A DNA stretch of 56,171 bases from positions 1-56,171 of the forward strand of contig CAYLSZ010000003.1 of assembly GCA_964386745.1 (NCBI GenBank), read 5' to 3'. The notes under the pieces were generated by a model. The model made no database searches. It worked only from the letters and a program-made list of their open reading frames with translations, and was not told where the DNA came from. A program made the translations under genes and the position numbers. Positions 36,852 through 45,098 of this stretch are shown one piece after another; the first letter of the stretch is position 1; each line of letters opens with the position of its first letter. The stretch is from an uncultured Staphylococcaceae bacterium. GTDB taxonomy: Bacteria; Bacillota_I; Bacilli_A; RFN20; CAG-826.

Positions 36852-37647
36852 TTTTTATAAATTAGAAAATTCGCACGCCAAAAAAGAACTTGGTCAAAAC
36901 TTTTTGCTTAGCGAAGAAATTGCTAATCAAATAGCGGATTCTTTAGACCTTCAAAAAGAAGATAAACTATTAGAGATTGGTCCTGGATTAGGCGCTATCA
37001 CTGAAAAGTTAATAAATAAAACTGAAAAATATACAGCCGTTGATGTTGATAAAAAACTTATAAACTTTTTACAAAACGCATATAAGGACACAAATCTCAA
37101 TGTTGTAAAAGAGAACATTTTAAAGTTCAGAGATTTCGATTTTAATAAAGTGGTCGGGAATCTTCCTTATTACATAACGACTGATATCATTGAATATATT
37201 GCTCTGAATTTTGAAAATCTAGAAACCGCTACATTTATGGTTCAAAGCGAATTTTATGAACGCATTACAACAAAAGATAAAAGAATTAAACGTCCGCTAA
37301 ATTATTTGCTTGAATATTTATTCGATATTAAGTTTGTGACCAAGGCTAAAAACAACCAATTTTTCCCTATTCCAACTGTTGATTCGGTAGTATTTAAAAT
37401 AACTAAAAATCGAGAAAAAAAGTTGAGTTCTGCAGGGTTTTTGTACAAAATCATAAGAATTTTGTTTACTAATCGTCGCAAAAACGTGAACAATAATATA
37501 GGAATTTTGCTTAAATCCGAAGAAGAAAAAGCACAACTTTGGAAAGAAGCAAATATTGCTCCAACAACCCGAGCCGAAGACTTAACTTTAGATGATTTTA
37601 TTCGCATTAGTGAAATCATATTGAAAATAAAAAAGATAAATTTATAA
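36826..37647 (+). CDS. rsmA: 16S rRNA (adenine1518/1519-N6)-dimethyltransferase
   Basis: LGQNFL, EIGPGLGAIT, GNLPYYIT, FPIPTVDS. Confidence 0.93.
   Translation: MLTQKEIIDFYKLENSHAKKELGQNFLLSEEIANQIADSLDLQKEDKLLEIGPGLGAITEKLINKTEKYTAVDVDKKLINFLQNAYKDTNLNVVKENILKFRDFDFNKVVGNLPYYITTDIIEYIALNFENLETATFMVQSEFYERITTKDKRIKRPLNYLLEYLFDIKFVTKAKNNQFFPIPTVDSVVFKITKNREKKLSSAGFLYKIIRILFTNRRKNVNNNIGILLKSEEEKAQLWKEANIAPTTRAEDLTLDDFIRISEIILKIKKINL
37414..37467 (-). repeat. dispersed ~50-bp repeat, copy K (reverse), inside rsmA
   Basis: GAAAAAAAGTTGAGTTCTGCAGGGTTTTTGTACAAAATCATAAGAATTTTGTTT. CTGCAG at 37430-37435. Translated as EKKLSSAGFLYKI, a different frame from copy J. Confidence 0.85.
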
Positions 37648-37659
37648 TTTTTGTTGTCT

Positions 37660-38508
37660 ATGGTAGAAAAAGCTTACGCCAAAATAAACTTAGGCCTTAA
37701 TGTTTTAGATAAAAATGATGATGGATATCATAATTTAGATACAATCATTGTTCCTTTAAAATTACATGATACTTTAGTCATAACAACCTTATCTGAAAAG
37801 GCTTCAGATGACTTTGTTACCTGCGATGAATATTCATTAAAGGTTAATAAAAATAATATTTGCCATAAAGCTATCCAAATTTTAAGAGATAAATACGGAT
37901 TTAAACAAAAATTTAGAATTCACATTCATAAAAATATATTTGTTTTAGCTGGATTAGGCGGCGGAAGTGCCGATGCAGCCGCAACAATTCGTGGCGTATG
38001 CAAAATGTTAAAAATTGCGCCTACAATCGAAGAATTACACGAAATTGGCCGTTCTTTAGGCTGGGATGTACCATGGTCAATTGAATCAAAACCATCTTTT
38101 GTGCGTAATAGAGGCACGGAAATGGAGTCTTTCGAACATTGTAGAAAAGATTATGTCTTGCTTGTTAAACCTCTTAAAGGTTTATCGACTGCCGATGTAT
38201 TTTTAGAAAGCGATACTTATGAGAAAGACAATCGCGATTTAAAAGTGACTAAAGAGGCATTCGCAAATGATAATCTTGAGGAATTAAATAACAATCTTGT
38301 GAATAACTTAGAACAAGCAGCCGTTAATTTGCTCCCTGAAGCTAAAGAATTAAAAGAGAAATTGCTCCAAGAAGGATTCGATACAGTTTGTATGACTGGT
38401 AGTGGTAGCACGTTCTTCTGTATAACCAAAAATAAAAAGTTAGCCAATAAAATGGCTGCTAAATACTATTACGACCACTATCAAGTTGAGTTAACAACAT
38501 TCTTATAA
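37660..38508 (+). CDS. ispE: GHMP kinase, IspE (4-diphosphocytidyl-2-C-methyl-D-erythritol kinase) homologue
   Basis: AYAKINLGLNV and GLGGGSADAAA motifs. ATG at 37660; the track start is an upstream TTG. Confidence 0.8.
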   Translation: MVEKAYAKINLGLNVLDKNDDGYHNLDTIIVPLKLHDTLVITTLSEKASDDFVTCDEYSLKVNKNNICHKAIQILRDKYGFKQKFRIHIHKNIFVLAGLGGGSADAAATIRGVCKMLKIAPTIEELHEIGRSLGWDVPWSIESKPSFVRNRGTEMESFEHCRKDYVLLVKPLKGLSTADVFLESDTYEKDNRDLKVTKEAFANDNLEELNNNLVNNLEQAAVNLLPEAKELKEKLLQEGFDTVCMTGSGSTFFCITKNKKLANKMAAKYYYDHYQVELTTFL

Positions 38509-38550
38509 AACCTGCGTTTTTAAAGAAAAACCTTGCAGATCTCAACTAAA
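38507..38550 (+). repeat. dispersed ~50-bp repeat, copy L (forward)
   Basis: AAAACCTGCGTTTTTAAAGAAAAACCTTGCAGATCTCAACTAAA. The left arm is nearly identical to copy E. It starts inside the ispE TAA stop. Confidence 0.85.
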
Positions 38551-38563
38551 ATTTATGAAAAAT

Positions 38564-38590
38564 AAAAAGGACGGTCTAGCCGTCCTTTTA
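38564..38590. terminator. bidirectional rho-independent terminator (ispE / ppdK convergent)
   Basis: AAAAA-GGACGG-tctag-CCGTCC-TTTT. Confidence 0.8.
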
Positions 38591-38608
38591 ATGTTGTTTA
38601 GTTAGAGA

Positions 38609-41266
38609 TTACTTTTTAGCTTTTTCTCTTTCGAGTTTGATTTGAGCTTGAGCAGCTGCAAGTCTTGCGATTGGGACTCTGAATGGTGAGCAGCTAACGT
38701 AATCTAATCCAGCTCTATTGAAGAATTCGATTGATCTTGGATCACCACCGTGTTCACCACAAACACCACAAGTTAAATTCTTGTTAGCGGCTTTGCCTTC
38801 TTCAACAGCCATCTTGATGAGTCTACCAACACCTTTTTGGTCAACGGTTTGGAATGGATCATCTTCGAGGATTTTTGATTTGAAGTAGTCGTTGATGAAT
38901 TTAGAAACGTCATCACGGCTGAATCCAAATGTCATTTGGGTTAAGTCGTTTGTACCAAAGCTATAGAATTCTGCTTCAGTAGCGATTTCTTTACTTAATA
39001 ATGCAGCACGTGGAATTTCGATCATAGTACCAACGTGGTATTTAAGTGTAGCTTTGTTTTCTTTTAAGACTTTCTCGATTTCATCAGTGACAATCTTCTT
39101 AACATATCTAAATTCTTTAACATCTAAGGTTAAAGGAATCATGATTTCTGGTTCGATGTCTCTCTTGAGTTCTTTGCTAGCTTTTAAAGCGGCTTCAATG
39201 ATGGCTCTAGCTTGCATTCTACCAATTTCTGGATAGGAAACATCAAGTCTACAACCTCTGTGTCCCATCATTGGGTTGAATTCGTGTAAGTATTCAATAC
39301 GATCTTTGATGGTTTGGACATCTTCGTTTAAAGCTTTAGCGAGTTCTTCGATCTTGTCTTCTTCTTGTGGTAAGAATTCGTGTAGAGGTGGATCGAGTAA
39401 ACGGATAACAACTTCAATACGTTCTAAGTTACCCATGGACATATATAATCCATAGAAGTCTTCTCTTTGATATGGAAGGAGTTCAGCAAGAGCTTTTTCA
39501 CGAACTTCGACGCTATTACTAAGAATCATCTTTCTCATGTGGAAGATACGTTCTTCGCCAAAGAACATATGTTCAGTTCTACAAAGACCAATACCTTCTG
39601 CGCCGAATTTAGCAGCTTGTTGAGCATCACGTGGAGTATCAGCATTCGTGCGGACGTGAAGTCTTCTATATTTATCAGCAGCTTTCATCATTCTACCGAA
39701 GTTACCATCCATTGAAGGTTCAACTAATTTAATAGCGCCTTCATAGATATCACCGGTACTTCCGTAAACTGAGATAGTATCTTTATCGGTATAAACTTTA
39801 CCATTAATTTTGACGGTTCTAGCTTCTTCATCGACGATAGCAGCATTACATCCGACGACACAGCATTTACCCATACCACGAGCAACGACTGCAGCGTGAG
39901 AAGTCATACCACCACGCATTGTCAAGATAGCTTCACTAGCGACCATACCTTCGATATCTTCTGGAGATGTTTCGGCACGGACTAAGATAATCTTTTCACC
40001 TTTAGCGTGTCTTTCTTCAGCTTCTTTAGCGTTGAAAGCGATCTTACCGACGCCAGCACCTGGAGAAGCAGGTAAACCAGTAGCGATTGGTTTGGCTTTC
40101 TTAATTTCATCAGCATCGAAGACTGGGTGTAATAAGCTATCGAGTAAAGCTGGTTCAACACGTAAAACAGCTTCTTTTTCGTCGATTACGCCTTCATCGA
40201 CTAAATCCCAAGCGATTTGTAAGGCAGCTTGAGCAGTTCTTTTACCATTTCTAGTTTGTAAGAAGTAGAGTTTGCCGTTTTCAACTGTATATTCCATATC
40301 TTGCATATCTTTATAATGTGCTTCCATGGCTTTAATAGTTGTAACGAATTGTTCGTAAACTTTTGGCATTCTCTTTTGGAGTTCAGATATATGTAAAGGA
40401 GTTCTAATACCTGCAACGACGTCTTCTCCTTGAGCATTTGGTAAATATTCAGCATAGATTTCTTTTTTACCAGTAGATGGGTCGCGAGAGAAAGCAACAC
40501 CAGTACCGGATTGTTCATTTAAGTTACCAAATACCATGGATTGAACGTTGACAGCGGTTCCCCATTCGTATGGAATACCATTCATCTTACGATAGGTGTT
40601 AGCTCTATCGTTGTCCCAGCTTCTAAAGACTGCAGTGACAGCTTCATGAAGTTGGATGTATGGATCAGTTGGGAAATCTTCATTAAATGTCTTTTTGTAG
40701 TAAGCTTTATAATCTTTAACGAGTTGTTTTAATTGTTCAGCAGTTACTTCGGTATCTAATTTATAACCATTCTTTTCTTTGATATCGTCAAGCATCTTAT
40801 CCATATCGGTTCTTGGATGACCTTTAGCGATATTTGTGAACATTAAAATAAATCTTCTATAGCTATCGTAGGCAAATCTTTTGTTATCGCCTTGAGCTAA
40901 TAATTCGACAGTTTCATCATTTAAACCAAGATTTAAGATGGTGTCCATCATACCTGGCATGGAGACTCTAGCTCCACTACGGACGGAAACGAGTAATGGG
41001 GTTTTACCACCTTTTCCTCCGAATGATTTTCCGGTCTTTTTTTCTACTTCTGCAATACCTTTATCGATTTGATCTACTAAGTATTTAGGCATTGTTTTAC
41101 CGCTTTGGTAATATAATGTACAAGCCTCAGTTGTGATAGTAAATCCTTGTGGAATTGGTACGCCGATATGAGTCATTTCGGCTAATCCAGCGCCTTTACC
41201 TCCGAGAAGCTCTTTTCCTAAACCATAAGCTTTATCGAAGAGGTAGACATACTTTTTTTCTGACAT
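38609..41266 (-). CDS. ppdK: pyruvate, phosphate dikinase
   Basis: 885 aa. GGMTSHAAVVARGMGK phosphohistidine loop, GLCRTEHMF, and CGEHGGDP. Confidence 0.97.
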   Translation of the reverse strand: MSEKKYVYLFDKAYGLGKELLGGKGAGLAEMTHIGVPIPQGFTITTEACTLYYQSGKTMPKYLVDQIDKGIAEVEKKTGKSFGGKGGKTPLLVSVRSGARVSMPGMMDTILNLGLNDETVELLAQGDNKRFAYDSYRRFILMFTNIAKGHPRTDMDKMLDDIKEKNGYKLDTEVTAEQLKQLVKDYKAYYKKTFNEDFPTDPYIQLHEAVTAVFRSWDNDRANTYRKMNGIPYEWGTAVNVQSMVFGNLNEQSGTGVAFSRDPSTGKKEIYAEYLPNAQGEDVVAGIRTPLHISELQKRMPKVYEQFVTTIKAMEAHYKDMQDMEYTVENGKLYFLQTRNGKRTAQAALQIAWDLVDEGVIDEKEAVLRVEPALLDSLLHPVFDADEIKKAKPIATGLPASPGAGVGKIAFNAKEAEERHAKGEKIILVRAETSPEDIEGMVASEAILTMRGGMTSHAAVVARGMGKCCVVGCNAAIVDEEARTVKINGKVYTDKDTISVYGSTGDIYEGAIKLVEPSMDGNFGRMMKAADKYRRLHVRTNADTPRDAQQAAKFGAEGIGLCRTEHMFFGEERIFHMRKMILSNSVEVREKALAELLPYQREDFYGLYMSMGNLERIEVVIRLLDPPLHEFLPQEEDKIEELAKALNEDVQTIKDRIEYLHEFNPMMGHRGCRLDVSYPEIGRMQARAIIEAALKASKELKRDIEPEIMIPLTLDVKEFRYVKKIVTDEIEKVLKENKATLKYHVGTMIEIPRAALLSKEIATEAEFYSFGTNDLTQMTFGFSRDDVSKFINDYFKSKILEDDPFQTVDQKGVGRLIKMAVEEGKAANKNLTCGVCGEHGGDPRSIEFFNRAGLDYVSCSPFRVPIARLAAAQAQIKLEREKAKK

Positions 41267-41302
41267 TCTTAGTCCTCCTAAAATTTTTAAGGCTTTTTAA
41301 AA

Positions 41303-41325
41303 CCTTTATGATTATATCATAAAGG
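41303..41325 (-). promoter_or_regulatory. perfect 10-bp inverted repeat containing an extended -10 (TGaTATAAT) upstream of ppdK
   Basis: CCTTTATGAT-TAT-ATCATAAAGG. On the minus strand it reads TGATATAAT about 45 nt before the ppdK ATG. Candidate promoter/operator. Confidence 0.45.
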
Positions 41326-41460
41326 AAAGTGGTTTTATAGCATTTTTAATGCGAGTTGTAAGGAAGGGTTTTGAGGCCGAAAATTAGGCAATAAATGGGT
41401 TAATTTTAATAGGAAAAATATGGTAAAAATTTGTCTCGTTTTACAAAGTTATCAGTTGAG

Positions 41461-41508
41461 AAAAACCTCAGTTTTCCACGAAAAACCCTGCAGAACCCCA
41501 ATATTTTT
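41461..41508 (+). repeat. dispersed ~50-bp repeat, copy M (forward)
   Basis: AAAAACCTCAGTTTTCCACGAAAAACCCTGCAGAACCCCAATATTTTT. CTGCAG at 41488-41493. Lies in the divergent ppdK/kinase spacer. Confidence 0.85.
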
Positions 41509-41586
41509 GTGAAAATTTCGAAATTTCTCGAGCTATTTTCCATTAAAATGGATACATTTAAGAAACTTTAATTTATAATATTGTCT

Positions 41587-43149
41587 ATGGAAAAAGATTT
41601 AGTTTTGTCGATTGATTATGGAACTCAATCCGTAAGGGTTTCAATAATAAATAAGGAAGGCGAATTTTTAGCTTTCGAACAAGAAAAATACGGAGAACCT
41701 TACTTCTCGGTGAAACCTGGATTTTGTGAACAAGAACCAGATTTTTACTATAACTGCATGATAAAAGCTGCTAAACGATTAACAAGCGCCCACAAAGATT
41801 TGCTCGATAGATGTATGTCTATTAGCTCAACTTGTTTTAGAGATACGCCAACCTTTTTGGATAAAGATTATAAAGTCATTCGTCCATCAATAATTTGGCT
41901 TGATCAACGTTTTGCTAGAGGCGATAAAAAGTTACCTTTACTTTATAGAATGCTTTATAAAATTGTTGGCGTTAGTAATACCATCAAATTCAACCGTTTA
42001 AGAACGCCTGCCATGTGGTTACAAGAAAATGAGCCTAAAAATTACGCAAAAATCCGTTGGTATGCACCACTCAATACATATTTAAATTATAAAATGCTTG
42101 GAGTTTTATCCGATTCTGCTTCGAATATGATTGGTCACTATCCAATTATGTTTAAAACCGGAAAAGTTCATAATAAGCATAATTTAGTAGGTATTTGTTA
42201 TGGAATCGACCCATATTTAATACCAAAAATTTCAAAAGTTGGCGAAATTATTGGCCATATCACTAAAGAATGCAGTTATGAAACTGGTTTTCCTGAAGGT
42301 TTGCCATTTATTACAACCGGAAGCGATAAATCTTGCGAAGCTTTAGGAAGTGGATCGATTTATAAAGGTTCTGCACATATAAGCTATGGAACCGCTAGCA
42401 CCATTTCGGTATTCTCAAAGAAATATTTCTCGCCTGAAACCTTCCTCCCTGCTTATACAGGTTGCGTAAAAGGTTATTACAACAGCGAAGTTCAAATCTA
42501 TAGAGGTTATTGGATGCTTAAATGGTTCAGTGACGAGTTTGCTAACCAAGAAAATATCGAAGCTAAGATTGAACATCTTGCTGTCGAAGAAGTTTTAAAT
42601 AAAAAATTAATGGAAATCGCTCCTGGAAGCGATGGACTTATCCTTCAACCATATTGGGGACCAGGTTTGCTTCGTCCATTAGCAAAAGGCGCAATTATTG
42701 GTTTTTATGATATTCATACTCGTTACCACGTTTATAAATCGATTATTGAAGGTATTGCCTATGCATTAAAAGAAGGCTTAGAGAGTATATCCAAAAATGG
42801 TCATCTTAAAGTTAAATATTTAACGATTAGCGGTGGCGGTAGTCGTAGTGATTCGATATGTCAAATTACGAGCGATATCTTTGGATTAGATGTTTATAAA
42901 CCTGACACATTTGAAAATAGTTCGTTAGGTTGCGCGATGGCTCAATATGTTTCCTTAGGAATTTATAAAACTCCAGAAGAAGCAACTAAGGCAATGGTTA
43001 ACTATAATAAAGTCTTCCATCCAAACGCTGAGGCACATGAAAAATATAAAGTCTTATTCAAAAAAGTTTATAAAAAGATTTATCCTTCGCTTAAGAAAAT
43101 CTATAAAGAATTATCTGAATATCAACATTATTCAACTCAAAAAATGTAA
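41587..43149 (+). CDS. FGGY-family carbohydrate kinase (xylulokinase-like)
   Basis: LVLSIDYGTQSVRV N-terminal actin-fold motif and C-terminal ISGGGSRSD. About 520 aa. Confidence 0.8.
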   Translation: MEKDLVLSIDYGTQSVRVSIINKEGEFLAFEQEKYGEPYFSVKPGFCEQEPDFYYNCMIKAAKRLTSAHKDLLDRCMSISSTCFRDTPTFLDKDYKVIRPSIIWLDQRFARGDKKLPLLYRMLYKIVGVSNTIKFNRLRTPAMWLQENEPKNYAKIRWYAPLNTYLNYKMLGVLSDSASNMIGHYPIMFKTGKVHNKHNLVGICYGIDPYLIPKISKVGEIIGHITKECSYETGFPEGLPFITTGSDKSCEALGSGSIYKGSAHISYGTASTISVFSKKYFSPETFLPAYTGCVKGYYNSEVQIYRGYWMLKWFSDEFANQENIEAKIEHLAVEEVLNKKLMEIAPGSDGLILQPYWGPGLLRPLAKGAIIGFYDIHTRYHVYKSIIEGIAYALKEGLESISKNGHLKVKYLTISGGGSRSDSICQITSDIFGLDVYKPDTFENSSLGCAMAQYVSLGIYKTPEEATKAMVNYNKVFHPNAEAHEKYKVLFKKVYKKIYPSLKKIYKELSEYQHYSTQKM

Positions 43150-43155
43150 CGAAAA

Positions 43156-43181
43156 AGCAACTCAATCGAGTTGCTTTTTTT
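43156..43181 (+). terminator. rho-independent terminator (flanked by A and T runs, possibly bidirectional)
   Basis: AGCAACTC-aatc-GAGTTGCT followed by TTTTTTT. Confidence 0.8.
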
Positions 43182-43184
43182 GAG

Positions 43185-43231
43185 GAAAATATGTCAGTTC
43201 TGCAAGGTTTTTGCTCAAAATCAGCTGTTTT
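43185..43231 (-). repeat. dispersed ~50-bp repeat, copy N (reverse, core CTGCAA)
   Basis: GAAAATATGTCAGTTCTGCAAGGTTTTTGCTCAAAATCAGCTGTTTT. Its distal arm contains the TGA stop of the ABC gene at 43221. Confidence 0.75.
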
Positions 43232-45098
43232 CTGCTTCGGTTTGAGCCATTGGATTTATGCCTGCGAATTGAGAATTATATAGTTCTGCGTAGAATCCGT
43301 TTTTCGCTAATAAATCTTTATGATTACCGATTTCAACGATGTGACCTTGTCTCATAACGATGATGAGTTTAGCGTTTTTAATCGTCGATAATCTATGAGC
43401 GATAATGAACGAAGTTCTATTTTCCATGACCCTATCTAAAGCGTCTTGAATAGCTTGTTCGGTACGAGTATCGACGCTACTTGTAGCTTCATCTAAAATC
43501 ATGATTTTTGGTTTAGAGATAATAGCTCTAGCAATCGTTAATAATTGACGTTGACCTTGAGAAATATTTGTTCCATCTTCGTTTAAGATGAAGTCATATT
43601 TGCCAGGCAAGGTTTCAATAAAGTGATCGCAATGTGCCTCTTTACAAGCTTGAACGATTTCTTCATCGGTTGCATTTTGATCACCGTAGAGCAAGTTTTC
43701 TTTAATGGTTCCTCTAAATAACCATGTATCTTGTAAAACCATACCGACGCTTCTTCTAAGGTTACCACGAGTATATTCAGTAGTTGGAATATCATCTAAT
43801 TTAATTTGACCACTATTGATTTCATAAAATCTCATAATGAGGTTAACCATAGTGGTTTTACCAGCGCCAGTAGGACCAACAATAGCGACCGTATCGCCTG
43901 CATTAATCTTTAAGTTAAAGTCTTCGATTAATGGTTTATTTGGCAAATATTGGAAATAGACGTGATCGAATTCGAATGCACCTTTGATATCGTCTTCGAC
44001 ATCGATTGCACCTTCTTTATCAGGAATAATTTCTTCTTCATCGAGAAGTTTATAAACTCTTTCGCCACTAGCGACGACAGATTGAATAATGTTAATAATT
44101 TGTCCGACTTGTTGGAATGGTCTATTGAATATATTTAAGAAGATAAAGAAGGTAATCATACTCGCTGGGTCGCGAATAATACCTCCAACGACGGCAATTC
44201 CTACGTAAGCTAAGTTATTAATAAAGTTTGTTGTTGGGAAGATAAGACCACTCAAGAATTGCGAGATTTGGTCAGCTTTAGCCATCTTTGAATTCGTTTT
44301 ATTAAATTCATCGACAGCATCTTGTTCTTTATTAAATAATTTAAGAACAACGTATCCAGCATAGTCCTCTTCAACTAAACCATCTAAGATACCAAGTTCT
44401 TTTCTATAAGCAATGAATTGCTTTTGTGAGAATTTACTTACTAAGAAGACGACAAGGATAGTAAATGGTAAGGAACAAAGTGCGACTAAAGCTAGTTGCC
44501 ACTTCGTAATAAACATCGCGACAAGCGTTCCAACAAAGAGCATGACGCCACTAGTAAGTTGAACGATGATATTTTGTAAGTTTCTAGCGATATTATCGAC
44601 ATCGTTAGTTCCTATAGATAACGTATCGCCATAAGGAACTCTATCGTAATAGGATAATGGAAGTCTATCGAGTTTATCTTTAATTTCCTTTCTCATGTTA
44701 TAGGCGTATCTATTTGATAAGCTAACGGTCATAAATTCGGCTAACCATGAGAAGAAAGCGGCTAAAACATATAAACCTAATAAGATTCCAAATCTAGAGA
44801 AGAAGAATGACCATTTAATGGATAAGGTTATAGTTCCGTCAGTTGCGATAGCAAATGATAATAATTCAGTTTCAGCGTCAGTTATATTAATAGCTGTACT
44901 TGTATCGACTGATGGAAACGCCCCATTAAGTAAGTTATTTAAAATAATAGGAGAAACTATCGTTAAGACGCTCGAAACGACAGTCATAAGCATGATGATA
45001 ATGATTAAGACGCGTTCTTTTTTAAACTCCTTAATCATTCTTTTAAATGTCGCGCCAAAGTTTTCAGGCTTTTCGACAGAACGATTCATTGGTGGCAT
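43221..45098 (-). CDS. ABC exporter, fused permease/ATPase (heterodimer partner 2)
   Basis: Six-TM type I exporter domain. GPTGAGKTT, LSQGQRQLL, ILDEATSSVD. Confidence 0.9.
   Translation of the reverse strand: MPPMNRSVEKPENFGATFKRMIKEFKKERVLIIIIMLMTVVSSVLTIVSPIILNNLLNGAFPSVDTSTAINITDAETELLSFAIATDGTITLSIKWSFFFSRFGILLGLYVLAAFFSWLAEFMTVSLSNRYAYNMRKEIKDKLDRLPLSYYDRVPYGDTLSIGTNDVDNIARNLQNIIVQLTSGVMLFVGTLVAMFITKWQLALVALCSLPFTILVVFLVSKFSQKQFIAYRKELGILDGLVEEDYAGYVVLKLFNKEQDAVDEFNKTNSKMAKADQISQFLSGLIFPTTNFINNLAYVGIAVVGGIIRDPASMITFFIFLNIFNRPFQQVGQIINIIQSVVASGERVYKLLDEEEIIPDKEGAIDVEDDIKGAFEFDHVYFQYLPNKPLIEDFNLKINAGDTVAIVGPTGAGKTTMVNLIMRFYEINSGQIKLDDIPTTEYTRGNLRRSVGMVLQDTWLFRGTIKENLLYGDQNATDEEIVQACKEAHCDHFIETLPGKYDFILNEDGTNISQGQRQLLTIARAIISKPKIMILDEATSSVDTRTEQAIQDALDRVMENRTSFIIAHRLSTIKNAKLIIVMRQGHIVEIGNHKDLLAKNGFYAELYNSQFAGINPMAQTEAENS

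Noticed and set aside
37302-37619. Apparent shared peptide motifs among track ORFs. KPCRTQLFF in 37318-37536 matches KPCRTPLFL in the 4463-5629 extension. KNPAELNFF in 37302-37619 matches KKPAELNYF in 4233-4523. These could be mistaken for a small protein family.
   Set aside because: The similarity is confined to the 50-bp DNA repeat read in spurious frames. The ORFs are antisense to rsmA or are 5' or intergenic read-through, so the family is a nucleotide repeat and not a protein.
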